64,000 bases of DNA from Candidatus Parcubacteria bacterium (GCA_019347895.1 JAHWKM010000003.1:771-64770); one strand, 5' to 3'; counted from the first letter of the stretch, positions 1-8,449 are shown. Numbers and translations: made by a program. Notes: generated from the sequence alone by a model not told the origin.

Positions 1-442
1 CGGCAAAAGGAGATTGTTGATATTGCTGAGGATTTTGCACGAAACCAAGTCTTTCGTAGAAAGCGAGTCTCTGTAATGAGACGGGGTCGCTTTGATCGGG
101 TGGATCTGACTCAAGTACCACAGTTTTACTTTGAGCACCCAAGAAATCACCAAGGATTTCGCTCCCCAGACCCTCACCTCTTCGGTCTGCCTCTATGGCC
201 AGATGTTCAATGTATATAAAGTCTCCTAGATCCCAGTAGGACAAGCAGCCAGCGACCTCCCCTTTACTCATTACTAGCTGTAAAGAAAAGCCTTCTTTGC
301 TTAAACATTCCTTTTGTGCGGCTTCAGGACGCCTTTGGTCTATGGGGAAAGCCTCAACATAGATTTTCCAGAATTCCTTAAACTCTTCGCTCTCTGAGTC
401 ACTGACACTGAGTAGTTTTATACTCTTCGGCTCTTTTTCCAT
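1..442 (-). CDS. GNAT family N-acetyltransferase (C-terminal part runs off window start)
   Basis: Manual minus-strand translation from ATG at 442: MEKEPKSIKLLSVSDSESEEFKEFWKIYVEAFPIDQRRPEAAQKECLSKEGFSLQLVMSKGEVAGCLSYWDLGDFIYIEHLAIEADRRGEGLGSEILGDFLG... The R-x-x-G-x-G acetyl-CoA motif is present. The frame stays open to position 1. Not in supplied track. Confidence 0.6.
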   Translation of the reverse strand, partial: MEKEPKSIKLLSVSDSESEEFKEFWKIYVEAFPIDQRRPEAAQKECLSKEGFSLQLVMSKGEVAGCLSYWDLGDFIYIEHLAIEADRRGEGLGSEILGDFLGAQSKTVVLESDPPDQSDPVSLQRLAFYERLGFVQNPQQYQQSPFA

Positions 443-527
443 ACCTCAATCATAACAAAAAAACACTCTCACGTCTTTTAAGCATAAGCGGCTTGGAGGG
501 CCATCTAGGACGTAATTGCAAACGAGA

Positions 528-755
528 TTAGAAGAAGTACAGTACGTATTTCGTATTGATTGTGCAGCCAGCACCAGGCGGATCTTTTCTATTTTTAACT
601 TCATTAATTGAGTCACCGTTAATCAAATGAAGTCGAGACGTTGGAGCTGTTTCAAGCTGACAGCCATAGCTAGTAGTATACGAGTCGAGTGGTATAAAAA
701 AGCCAGCCACAAACAAGACAATTAGTATAGTTACAGAAATTATTAGTTTTTTCAT
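528..755 (-). CDS. small secreted/membrane-anchored hypothetical protein
   Basis: 75-aa ORF with N-terminal hydrophobic signal/anchor (MKKLIISVTILIVLFVAGFF). No recognisable domain. Confidence 0.4.
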   Translation of the reverse strand: MKKLIISVTILIVLFVAGFFIPLDSYTTSYGCQLETAPTSRLHLINGDSINEVKNRKDPPGAGCTINTKYVLYFF

Positions 756-834
756 TTGACTTCAGTATAACAAAAGATCTCTCAGTTGAGAGATCAAAGT
801 GCTTACGGTTTGGAGGACGCTACCGCAACTAAAA

Positions 835-1152
835 TCAAGAACGCTGAGATTTATTCCCTACTTTACTAATTATAAAATTTCCTATCAATACAATTATCGC
901 CGAAGGCAACAATAACAACCCATAACCGAGTACAAACTTACCACCCATAAACCCCTCTTTTTCATTATAAAAGTCTAGAAATCCACGATTTTCAACCACA
1001 TTTTCACCGTGACAAGGTCGTGGTGAATCCTGGGGCTGAGAAGCTACAAATTCATCGCTGCATAATTGTGCAACATCTGTAAAATATGAAACTGCTATAA
1101 GAAAAAACGGAATAAAAAGTATTAACGCAAAAAGTAGGTATTTCTTGCTCAT
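835..1152 (-). CDS. hypothetical membrane protein
   Basis: ORF 835..1179. Preferred start is MSKKYLLFALILFIPFFLIAV at 1152. Two hydrophobic segments. Confidence 0.4.
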   Translation of the reverse strand: MSKKYLLFALILFIPFFLIAVSYFTDVAQLCSDEFVASQPQDSPRPCHGENVVENRGFLDFYNEKEGFMGGKFVLGYGLLLLPSAIIVLIGNFIISKVGNKSQRS

Positions 1153-1159
1153 GAAGCTA

Positions 1160-1188
1160 CTATAACAAAAAGTCTCCAAAGGAGACCC
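1160..1188 (-). terminator. rho-independent terminator downstream of the Lys satellite element
   Basis: Minus-strand GGGTCTCC-TTT-GGAGACT followed by TTTTGTTAT. Confidence 0.5.
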
Positions 1189-1201
1189 TAATGCTTATGC
1201 T

Positions 1202-1357
1202 TGGAGGGCCAGGAGGGACTCGCCCACATTCTGCGGGCCCAGAACTTTCATACTTACGGCATAGTCGCAAATCTGAAAGATTCTCTTGCGAAATGCCCCC
1301 GGCATTTCTCACCCCCGACACCCTTTTGGCGTGTTCGGGATTCGAGTCCATTCTCCA
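1202..1357 (-). ncRNA. class-1 tRNA-satellite element (Lys-CUU type): antisense T-arm copy + sense 3' third of tRNA-Lys with ~88-nt insert in the T-loop, ends in CCA
   Basis: Minus strand reads TGGAGAATGGACTCGAATCCCGAACACGCC-AAAA-GGGTGTCGGGGGT|GAGAAATGCCGGGGGCATTTCGCAAG...GGGCCCGCAGAATGTGGG|CGAGTCCCTCCTGGCCCTCCA. The flanks match tRNA-Lys at 1401..1477. The insert is conserved in 4 other copies. Confidence 0.5.
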
Positions 1358-1405
1358 ATGAAAAGGCCCCGCACAAAGCGAGAAAGCGAGGCTTTTTCAT
1401 TGGAG
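1353..1405 (-). terminator. palindromic (bidirectional) terminator hairpin joining tRNA-Lys CCA to the satellite element
   Basis: CTCCAATGAAAA / TTTTCATTGGAG 12-bp outer inverted repeat encloses the GC stem GCCTCGC...GCGGGGC. U-tracts on both strands. Confidence 0.5.
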
Positions 1406-1477
1406 GGCCAGCGGGGACTCGAACCCCGGACACCCTGCTTAAGAGGCAGGTGCTCTAACCAGCTGAGCTACTGGCCC
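1401..1477 (-). tRNA. tRNA-Lys (anticodon CTT), CCA encoded
   Basis: Reverse complement GGGCCAGTAGCTCAGCTGGTTAGAGCACCTGCCTCTTAAGCAGGGTGTCCGGGGTTCGAGTCCCCGCTGGCCCTCCA folds as a cloverleaf. Anticodon loop is CTCTTAA. Confidence 0.9.
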
Positions 1478-1480
1478 GGC

Positions 1481-1566
1481 TGTCTGCAAGACAGCCGGGC
1501 TGGCCCATCATTGCAAACATCTTGATTGATTTGTCTGCAAGACAGCCGGGCTGGCCCATCATTGCA
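1481..1566. repeat. 35-bp perfect direct repeat x2 upstream of tRNA-Lys (duplicated leader/promoter carrying a copy of the acceptor 5' strand)
   Basis: tgtctgcaagacagccgggctggcccatcattgca occurs at 1481-1515 and 1532-1566. On the minus strand each copy reads TGCAATGAT-GGGCCAG-CCCGGCTGTCTTGCAGACA, where GGGCCAG is the tRNA 5' acceptor strand followed by a hairpin. Confidence 0.8.
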
Positions 1567-1570
1567 GACA

Positions 1571-1810
1571 TTAAATTCTTTTGTGAAGGTTAGCTCTTAT
1601 TGCGCTGCTCCGCTTTACTTGTTTTTTACGGAATCTGGCATTTTGAAGGCCTTCATATGCTTTATAGTATATCAGTCGAAGCGGTCTTCGAAACTTTGTA
1701 GAAGTTACTTTTCCGTTGTTATGATCCGTGAAACGCTTTTTAAGATTACTTGTTGAACCGTAGTAATGCCGTCCATCTTCCCCGGAAACAAGTATATAAA
1801 AATAATACAT
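1571..1810 (-). CDS. GIY-YIG nuclease superfamily small protein
   Basis: 79 aa, MYYFYILVSGEDGRHYYGSTSNLKKRFTDHNNG, with the GIY...YIG spacing typical of the UPF0213/YhbQ-like family. Confidence 0.7.
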   Translation of the reverse strand: MYYFYILVSGEDGRHYYGSTSNLKKRFTDHNNGKVTSTKFRRPLRLIYYKAYEGLQNARFRKKQVKRSSAIRANLHKRI

Positions 1811-1938
1811 ACCTAAAAATTATCATACGGAGAAAGTATAACCACAAACTTTTTAGCAGGTTACCCCTGTTATGACAACGGTTTTTCTGAAATAAGTTGT
1901 CAATGTAAGTATGTTAAGCACAATGATAAAATTGAGTT

Positions 1939-2412
1939 ATGCATTCGGGGAAGCAGAAGCTGCGAAAAAAGCTGTTACTACGCCGGCAACTAATGGATGC
2001 TCAAGAAGTGGCAGCCAAAAGTAATAATATTACCCATACACTGATCGACAGCGTGGATTGGCGGTCAGTAAAATTCCTGCACATCTATACTCCACTCAGG
2101 AAATGGAACGAGATAGATACTGGTCTAATCAAGGCTACTGCAGCGCAGCGCTGGCCGCATATTGAAATTGTTTCGCCGGCTCCGGATAAAAACCAACCGT
2201 TCCCCGTCGAAAAATTTGACCTGATTATTGTGCCAGTTTTAGGGTTTGACAAGGATAAATATCGTCTAGGCTACGGCGGCGGCTGGTACGACCGTTTCTT
2301 GGCAGGCCAAAAACAGGCCCGAACTATCGGCTTGGCCTATAAGGACGCGCTCATAGAAAACTTGCCGCGCGAAAGCCACGATATTTCTCTGACTACTATA
2401 CTGACAGATTAA
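1939..2412 (+). CDS. 5-formyltetrahydrofolate cyclo-ligase
   Basis: C-terminal LIIVPVLGFDKDKYRLGYGGGWYDRFL signature of the 5-FCL family. Confidence 0.75.
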   Translation: MHSGKQKLRKKLLLRRQLMDAQEVAAKSNNITHTLIDSVDWRSVKFLHIYTPLRKWNEIDTGLIKATAAQRWPHIEIVSPAPDKNQPFPVEKFDLIIVPVLGFDKDKYRLGYGGGWYDRFLAGQKQARTIGLAYKDALIENLPRESHDISLTTILTD

Positions 2413-2475
2413 TATTATTAGTTACTTATATATTAATATTAATAATCTTTTGCTAACATTACCCTATGGGGCTCC

Positions 2476-3267
2476 ATGTTGCGGGGGCTCCATGTTGCGA
2501 TCTCTACGTCCGCTGTAGAAAGCGATCCTTTTAATGAGTCTGCTTTAGAAGCTTTTAATTCTATTGGCTGCAACCAGTCAGTTGTCCCTTATACTTTAGT
2601 ACCTGAAAGCGTAGAAATGCTCGAAGCTGCCGATAGTGTAACTGTTCTGGGAACGCCGCTTCACTATTCCAAAAAAACCGCCGAACTTCTCAGGCCATAT
2701 TTTGAACCTTTAAAAAACGCGAATATAAAACGCTGGCTGGGTATCTGTGCCGGTATGCAAGTAATGGGCCTATTATATGGAGCTGAAATGAAGCGGGGCG
2801 AAGAAGTAGAAATAGGGCGTTCTATTGTCAAAGCCGTTGACGGGCAAGAAACAGATCTGCTGTTATCCGGCTTGGGGAAATACTTTTTTATAAACAATCT
2901 ACATACGGCGTCTCTTGATATAAATGATGCGCCCGATGTGGTTCATGTTGCTAGCTCCTTGAAAACACCTGGAGTTACCGAAACTGGCTGCGAAGTCCAG
3001 ATTATGAGAGTCCTCGGAAAAAACAATTGGTACGGCATACAAGGACATCCAGAAAAAGGTTTTGATGGTCTTAAAATTCTCCGCAACTTTTTAGATTTGC
3101 CGCAGCCGGAGTATGTTGATTCTGATAACGCCTTTAATAATCATGAATATAGAACCAGGCAAAACAGGTCTGGATTATGGGTAGTTAATGGTCAAGATTC
3201 CTCTCCGCCTCACCCATCAATGCACCTACCTTCTGACCAAAGTATTAGAGAGTTGTTAGCCGCCTAA
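2476..3267 (+). CDS. class I glutamine amidotransferase-like protein
   Basis: Nucleophile elbow LGICAGMQVM and GIQGHPEK His-Glu motif. Sits between folate genes. Confidence 0.55.
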   Translation: MLRGLHVAISTSAVESDPFNESALEAFNSIGCNQSVVPYTLVPESVEMLEAADSVTVLGTPLHYSKKTAELLRPYFEPLKNANIKRWLGICAGMQVMGLLYGAEMKRGEEVEIGRSIVKAVDGQETDLLLSGLGKYFFINNLHTASLDINDAPDVVHVASSLKTPGVTETGCEVQIMRVLGKNNWYGIQGHPEKGFDGLKILRNFLDLPQPEYVDSDNAFNNHEYRTRQNRSGLWVVNGQDSSPPHPSMHLPSDQSIRELLAA

Positions 3268-4503
3268 CGATTTCAGGGTTTTTCGAAGCTTTGATGCAAG
3301 GTACAGCGAGCCCGTAATAAGTACTTTTGATTCGACCGATTTAAGCCCTTTTTTAAGTGCTTCTTCCGGATTGGGCGCCACTATGCAGTGGCTATTTTCA
3401 AAATATTCAGCGATGTAGGCTGGTTCAAGCGACTTTTGGTGATGATCTTGCTTAGTGTCAAATGAAGTTATAATGACCCGGCTGGCGATTTTTTGAACCA
3501 GCCTGGTCATCTGCAACAAATGGGGTTTTTTATTTTTGCCGACGGCTAAAATAACGCAAACTTTCTCCTCTCCAAGTTCTTGTTTTAAGCTGTCAATAAG
3601 AGCCTGCATTTTTTGGGTGTTATGAGCGCCGTCTAAAATAAGTTCTTTATCCTCAAATTTATATCTTTCAATTCTCCCGGGAATAGTTAATTTTAAAGTT
3701 TTTTCCAGGCTATCTGTTGGCAAAGGTTTTTTATTTTCAAGGTTAAAAATATGCTCGGCTACTTTATTTGCCAGCGTAAAATTGCGTTTTTGCAACATTG
3801 GCAGATCAATATTTTTATCGATTTGTCGATTTACTATCAAGTCAGCTTTTTTGGACTTTGCCTCAGACTTAATGATATCAATAATTTTACCGGCCTGATC
3901 GTTTGCGAATACGGTATTGCCCGGCTGCAATATGCCTGCTTTTTGCATTGTTATTTTCTGGATTGTGCTACCTAAAATATCGGTATGGTCAAGCCCTATA
4001 TCGGTTATTACGCATATTTTGTTTACACCGGCGACAATATTGGTAGCATCTAACTTCCCGCCCAGGCCTGTCTCAATAACCGCGTAGTCAACCTTAATTT
4101 TAGCGAAATACCAAAAAGCAAAAGCCGTGAATAATTCAAAATATGTCAGCTTAATACTTAACCTGTTAAGTATACTTAAGAAGTTAGAAAACTCTTTACA
4201 AAATAATGCTTCTTCAAGCGGTTTTAAGTCTATCTGTATCCGCTCATTAACTTGGTCAATATGCGGGGAGATACTCAGCCCGGTCTTAAGGCCATTTTGC
4301 CTGAGCAGCTCGGCAATATAATAACTAGTCGAGGTTTTGCCGCTGGTACCAGCTACGTGAATAACCTTGATTTTATCCTGGGGATCTCCCAGCCGGTTCA
4401 TCAAATTCTTAATTCTATCCAGGCTATAGCTGTCTTTATCGGGCAATTCCATAATGCTGCGCGGTAAAACAGTCTTCAGATCATCAAATGTGTTAATCCT
4501 CAT
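3256..4503 (-). CDS. folC: folylpolyglutamate synthase / dihydrofolate synthase
   Basis: Mur-ligase P-loop VIHVAGTSGKTSTSYY and overall FolC-like sequence. Start moved to MRINTF (4503) because the longer ORF overlaps the tRNA at 4513..4589. Confidence 0.8.
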   Translation of the reverse strand: MRINTFDDLKTVLPRSIMELPDKDSYSLDRIKNLMNRLGDPQDKIKVIHVAGTSGKTSTSYYIAELLRQNGLKTGLSISPHIDQVNERIQIDLKPLEEALFCKEFSNFLSILNRLSIKLTYFELFTAFAFWYFAKIKVDYAVIETGLGGKLDATNIVAGVNKICVITDIGLDHTDILGSTIQKITMQKAGILQPGNTVFANDQAGKIIDIIKSEAKSKKADLIVNRQIDKNIDLPMLQKRNFTLANKVAEHIFNLENKKPLPTDSLEKTLKLTIPGRIERYKFEDKELILDGAHNTQKMQALIDSLKQELGEEKVCVILAVGKNKKPHLLQMTRLVQKIASRVIITSFDTKQDHHQKSLEPAYIAEYFENSHCIVAPNPEEALKKGLKSVESKVLITGSLYLASKLRKTLKSLGG

Positions 4504-4512
4504 AGTTTTTAG

Positions 4513-4589
4513 TGGTACCCGTGGACGGATTCGAACCGCCGACACCTGGTTCCGAAGACCAGTGCTCTAATCCGCTGAGCTACACGGGC
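4513..4589 (-). tRNA. tRNA-Arg (anticodon TCG), CCA encoded
   Basis: Reverse complement GCCCGTGTAGCTCAGCGGATTAGAGCACTGGTCTTCGGAACCAGGTGTCGGCGGTTCGAATCCGTCCACGGGTACCA. Anticodon loop is CTTCGGA. Confidence 0.9.
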
Positions 4590-4690
4590 ATAATTAACAT
4601 TATAAGCCATATGTTCGAATCCTTGGCTTGACCTACCCGTCGTTTTCATAAATGAAAACGCGGTCAGGCCCAGTCTGTTAGCCCATAATC
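4590..4690 (-). other. degenerate class-1-like remnant plus TATAAT promoter directly upstream of tRNA-Arg(UCG)
   Basis: Minus strand reads ACTGGGCCTGACCGCG-[TTTTCAT TT ATGAAAA]-CGACGGGTAGGTC-AAGCCAAGGATTCGAACATATGGCTT-ATAATGTTAATTA. It resembles the GGGCCTGC..GGTAGGTCGAATCC end of the Arg class-1 element. Confidence 0.3.
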
Positions 4691-4700
4691 ATATTTTGAA

Positions 4701-5273
4701 CTATTTATCCGTCTTGTTTTCGTCGTTTTGCTTTTCGGTTTTTGGGGCGGATAATAGCTTGGTTTCTTGGGATTTGTCGTATTTTTCTAAGGTCGTCTTT
4801 ATAACTTTTAGCATTCTCTCGGCGTGTTCACGGCTCATACCAACCTGGCTAACAGATACCGGTTTGCCGTTTTGCGACTGCATAAACTGCAGCACCATGC
4901 CGTGTTTGTTAACAGTCGCGTTCATGCTGTCAGTGTATACCACGCGGTTGTCCACCGGCAGATACATAACAACTTGCTTCATCAGCATGTCCTCGATCCC
5001 ACCAGCCAGTAAACTTTCCGGAATTGCTGTATCTTTTGGCACTGTAGCCATGGCCCGCAGCTCCAAAGCCTGTTCTTCGCTCAGCAGGAAGTGGTTGATT
5101 ATCATATCGAGCAGATTGTCATTGGGCAGAATTTTCCCGGACTCGATTTGCTTCAATTCTTTTTCATCAATCTCTAAAGTCGTAGACACCTCGTCAACCG
5201 TTTGCTGCCACTTCTCTCTAAGGCTCTTAATTTTTTCGCCTAAAACCTTGTGCGGTTGTTCACTTTTACCCAT
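4701..5273 (-). CDS. helix-turn-helix (XRE-like) domain protein
   Basis: N-terminal LGEKIKSLREKWQQTVDEVSTTLEIDEKELKQIESGK HTH pattern. The rest is unassigned. Start at MGKSEQ preferred over the 5324 start. Confidence 0.4.
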   Translation of the reverse strand: MGKSEQPHKVLGEKIKSLREKWQQTVDEVSTTLEIDEKELKQIESGKILPNDNLLDMIINHFLLSEEQALELRAMATVPKDTAIPESLLAGGIEDMLMKQVVMYLPVDNRVVYTDSMNATVNKHGMVLQFMQSQNGKPVSVSQVGMSREHAERMLKVIKTTLEKYDKSQETKLLSAPKTEKQNDENKTDK

Positions 5274-5612
5274 ATTATTTATGTTATACCCCTCTTTTTT
5301 TATATGCAAGCCCCCCACATTCAACTGGTATACTTAAGCACGATGGATATCGATAAAATCACAAGCTACGCACTTGAGTGCCCAGTGTATTTTCTCAGTG
5401 ACACTAGGGGTCCCCAAGCTGAGAGGATTCAGCTTGGGGTAAAGCTCCGGAAAAAGCTGTACAAGTGGTACTGCTTTAGAGTAGCGCAGCTGAAAAATGT
5501 GCTGGGTGCTCGTTCGAGTCTGAGCCTGAGGGCTCTTCCCTCAGAGTCGAAGACCAAGAACGACTTGCAAGAACAAACTTGGTTTGGTCTGGAAAGGCGT
5601 TGTGGGTAGGTT

Positions 5613-6641
5613 GTGAAGATTGAACCTAAAGAAAATATACCGCTTAGCAGCTACTCTACCATGCGCCTCGGGGGCCCGGCCCGGTATTTGCTGGAAATAA
5701 CTTCACCCTTTGAAATCGAGCCGGCTTTGAAGTGGGCTGAGGAAAAAAATCTAGACGTAATGATGATCGGCCAAGGCAGTAATATTGTCTGGAACGACGC
5801 GGGTTTTGACGGATTGATTTTAGTTAACAAAATAATGGGGCTTGAGATGCAAGACAATGAATATCAAGCTTTTGCTGTTATTGGCGGCGGGGAGCCATGG
5901 GACAGCGTAGTAGCCCGGATTGTCGATGCTAATCTATCCGGGGTGGAACATTTGTCTTTGATTCCAGGCACAGCAGGCGCTACGCCAGTGCAAAATGTAG
6001 GGGCATACGGCCGGGAAATTGCCGATGTGCTAGTCTGCGTTCAAGCATACGACAGGCAGGCTAATAAAATGGTGATTTTATCCAAGACCGAGTGTGATTT
6101 CAGCTACCGGAAAAGCCGTTTTAACACTGTCGACAAAAACCGGTTTTTTATCACTTCGGTAACTCTGGCCTTATCCCACGATAATCCGATGCCACCCTTT
6201 TATCCGGCTTTGGAAGCCTTTCTAAAGTCTCATAACATCACCCAGCACACGGCAAAAAACATTCGCCAAGCGGTTATTGAAGTGCGCAACAGCAAACTTC
6301 CCGACCCGGCCAAAGTCGCCAACTGCGGCTCATTCTTCGCTAATCCGATCATTGATAATATGCAGCTTGATTCACTGGTAGAACAATACCCAGGGATTCC
6401 GCGCTGGGAAATCGACAGCGATAATACCAAAATTTCAGCCGCCTGGATGTTAGAACAGCTGAAGTTAAAGGGTTATCATGAGCCTAACACCGGCATGGCC
6501 ATCTGGGACAAGCACTCTTTGGTTTTGGTCAATGAAAACGCTCCCAACACCGCCTCGCTGCTGGCTTTTCGCGATGCAATTGTCAAAAAGGTCGAAGAAA
6601 AATTCGGCGTTACCCTGCAGCAGGAACCCGAACTGATTTAA
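5613..6641 (+). CDS. murB: UDP-N-acetylenolpyruvoylglucosamine reductase
   Basis: FAD-binding MurB pattern (STMRLGGPARY, MMIGQGSNIVW, LIPGTAGATPVQNVGAYG, CGSFFANP). GTG start. Confidence 0.85.
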   Translation: MKIEPKENIPLSSYSTMRLGGPARYLLEITSPFEIEPALKWAEEKNLDVMMIGQGSNIVWNDAGFDGLILVNKIMGLEMQDNEYQAFAVIGGGEPWDSVVARIVDANLSGVEHLSLIPGTAGATPVQNVGAYGREIADVLVCVQAYDRQANKMVILSKTECDFSYRKSRFNTVDKNRFFITSVTLALSHDNPMPPFYPALEAFLKSHNITQHTAKNIRQAVIEVRNSKLPDPAKVANCGSFFANPIIDNMQLDSLVEQYPGIPRWEIDSDNTKISAAWMLEQLKLKGYHEPNTGMAIWDKHSLVLVNENAPNTASLLAFRDAIVKKVEEKFGVTLQQEPELI

Positions 6642-6686
6642 TATGTGGCTTACCTTTGATCTTATTTTATAATATTATTAATATTA

Positions 6687-7175
6687 ATGACCGTTGAAGG
6701 AAGTTGCGAGGATATAGATTACGCTGCTCCTGTTGTTGACACCCTTATTCAAAGCGGTCTAGAACTAAATGATTGCGTAGTCATTGGAGGAGCAGCACTA
6801 GCTCTTAACTGTATCCGCCCCGCAGGTGATCTTGATCTAGTTTTGAACCCGTTTGTTTTTGATGAAATTGCTAACGCCGGACAAACGCCGGGAGGCTTAG
6901 CGGTTAAGGCAATGAAGTGGAGGGATAACCGGCTAATTGGTGAGACCCCTGAGGGGCCAATTACTGCCTTAGCGCTGGATCTCAATACATTTGATGGCAA
7001 AAGGAGAATTTTTACCTTTAGCGATTTTAAAAAGCGAGCCAATCAACAAGATTCATCACACGGAGAAATATACTGCGCAACTCTTGATGACATACTTGCT
7101 ATTAAGGCGCGCTCGTGGAGTCTAAAAGGGCGTCGTGACGCTAGAAGAATACGCCAATATTTAAAAGTTGGTTAA
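6687..7175 (+). CDS. putative nucleotidyltransferase-fold protein
   Basis: VVIGGAALALNCIRPAGDLDLVL resembles the G-G-x-A...D-x-D minimal NTase motif. Otherwise unassigned. Confidence 0.35.
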   Translation: MTVEGSCEDIDYAAPVVDTLIQSGLELNDCVVIGGAALALNCIRPAGDLDLVLNPFVFDEIANAGQTPGGLAVKAMKWRDNRLIGETPEGPITALALDLNTFDGKRRIFTFSDFKKRANQQDSSHGEIYCATLDDILAIKARSWSLKGRRDARRIRQYLKVG

Positions 7176-8449
7176 TTGTCGCTGGGCAGGGGGAACTGCA
7201 GGGCAAATTCTTTAACTTCATTATGAATTTGTACAAGTTTTTGATCGTCATTTCGAGCTTCAACTGCCTGCTTCATCCACTGCGCAATTTGCTCCATGTC
7301 GCCTTCTTTAAGCCCCCGGGTAGTTAGCGCTGGGGTGCCCAGACGGATTCCGCTTGGCCGAAATGGCGGGTTAGGATCATCGGGAATGGAATTTTTATTC
7401 AGGGTTAAACCTATTTTATCGAGTGTTTCTTCGGCAACCTTGCCGTTAATCCCAAAACTTGTCTGAACATCAACTAGCATAAGATGGTTGTCGGTTCCAT
7501 TAGTAATCAGTTTAAAACCGCGTTTCATCAGCTCTTCAGCCAGTTTCTTAGCATTATCAACCACCTGGCGGGCATATTTCTTAAACTCCGGCTGGGCAGC
7601 TTCGCCAAAAGCTACAGCCTTAGCTGCAATCGCATGCATATGCGGACCGCCCTGAAAACCCGGAAAAACTTCACGGTCTATCAAGGTCGGAAGGTTGTCG
7701 ACAGTTTTTTCTACCTTTTTTAGGGGGTTGCCAACTTTTCCATTACTTAAAATTAACCCTCCCCGCGGACCGCGCAGAGTTTTGTGAGTGGTAGAGGTAA
7801 TTATATGAAAGCCGAAATCAAAAGGATTAGGCGAAACTCCTCCGGCAATTAAGCCGGCAATGTGCGCCATATCGGCCACCAAAACGGCTCCCACCTCCTC
7901 GCCTATTTCCGCGAATTTTGCATAATCCAGATTGCGAGGATAACCGGAAAAACCGGCTAAAATAATTTTTGGTTTTTCTCTCTTAGCCACAGCCAGCATT
8001 TCATCATAATCAATCTCTCCGGTTTCAATGTCCTTCATGCCATAGCGCACAAAATTGTAAAGCTTGGCAGAACTTGTTACCGGGTGGCCATGCGTTAAAT
8101 GCCCGCCTTGATCCAGTTTCATTCCTAAGACAGTATCACCGGGCTCCAGCCAGGCTTGATAAACCGCAATATTTGCCGGCGCGCCGGAATGCGGCTGTAC
8201 ATTGGCGTGGTCGCAATCAAACAATGCTTTAACCCGATCAATTGCCAATTGCTCGACCTGGTCGGTAAAATCTTGCCCGCCATAATAGCGTTTTCCAGGG
8301 TAACCCTCTGAATATTTATTAGTAAAAACGCTGCCTAAAGCATTCAATACATCGCGGCTGACATAGTTCTCGCTGGGGATTAGCTCCAGGCCTTCGCGCT
8401 GACGCTTTTCCTCGCCTTTTATCAATTTAGCAATGACTTGGTCTTGCAT
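7172..8449 (-). CDS. glyA: serine hydroxymethyltransferase
   Basis: Full-length SHMT similarity including the TSTTHKTLRGPRGG PLP-lysine motif. Start at MQDQVI (8449) follows GAGGAA. The longer ORF would reach 8467. Confidence 0.9.
   Translation of the reverse strand: MQDQVIAKLIKGEEKRQREGLELIPSENYVSRDVLNALGSVFTNKYSEGYPGKRYYGGQDFTDQVEQLAIDRVKALFDCDHANVQPHSGAPANIAVYQAWLEPGDTVLGMKLDQGGHLTHGHPVTSSAKLYNFVRYGMKDIETGEIDYDEMLAVAKREKPKIILAGFSGYPRNLDYAKFAEIGEEVGAVLVADMAHIAGLIAGGVSPNPFDFGFHIITSTTHKTLRGPRGGLILSNGKVGNPLKKVEKTVDNLPTLIDREVFPGFQGGPHMHAIAAKAVAFGEAAQPEFKKYARQVVDNAKKLAEELMKRGFKLITNGTDNHLMLVDVQTSFGINGKVAEETLDKIGLTLNKNSIPDDPNPPFRPSGIRLGTPALTTRGLKEGDMEQIAQWMKQAVEARNDDQKLVQIHNEVKEFALQFPLPSDN

Noticed and set aside
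1202-1357. Satellite 3' fragments as plain attL/attR duplications from integrase-mediated insertion at the tRNA T-loop
   Set aside because: The duplication also includes the variable loop and T-stem 5' strand upstream of the insert, as well as an antisense copy. The 'element' between the copies is only ~180 bp and no integrase is present in the window.

The idea is not fully excluded as the evolutionary origin.
1160-1756. Track ORFs 1160..1351(-), 1201..1458(+), 1286..1525(+), 1526..1756(+)
   Set aside because: They run through a tRNA gene, its satellite element, terminator hairpins and the direct repeats. Their sequences are low-complexity and Arg/Pro/Gly-rich. They are better explained as non-coding.
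3751-4467. Plus-strand track ORFs inside folC (3751..3975, 4127..4321, 4252..4467)
   Set aside because: They are antisense to a well-supported FolC gene.
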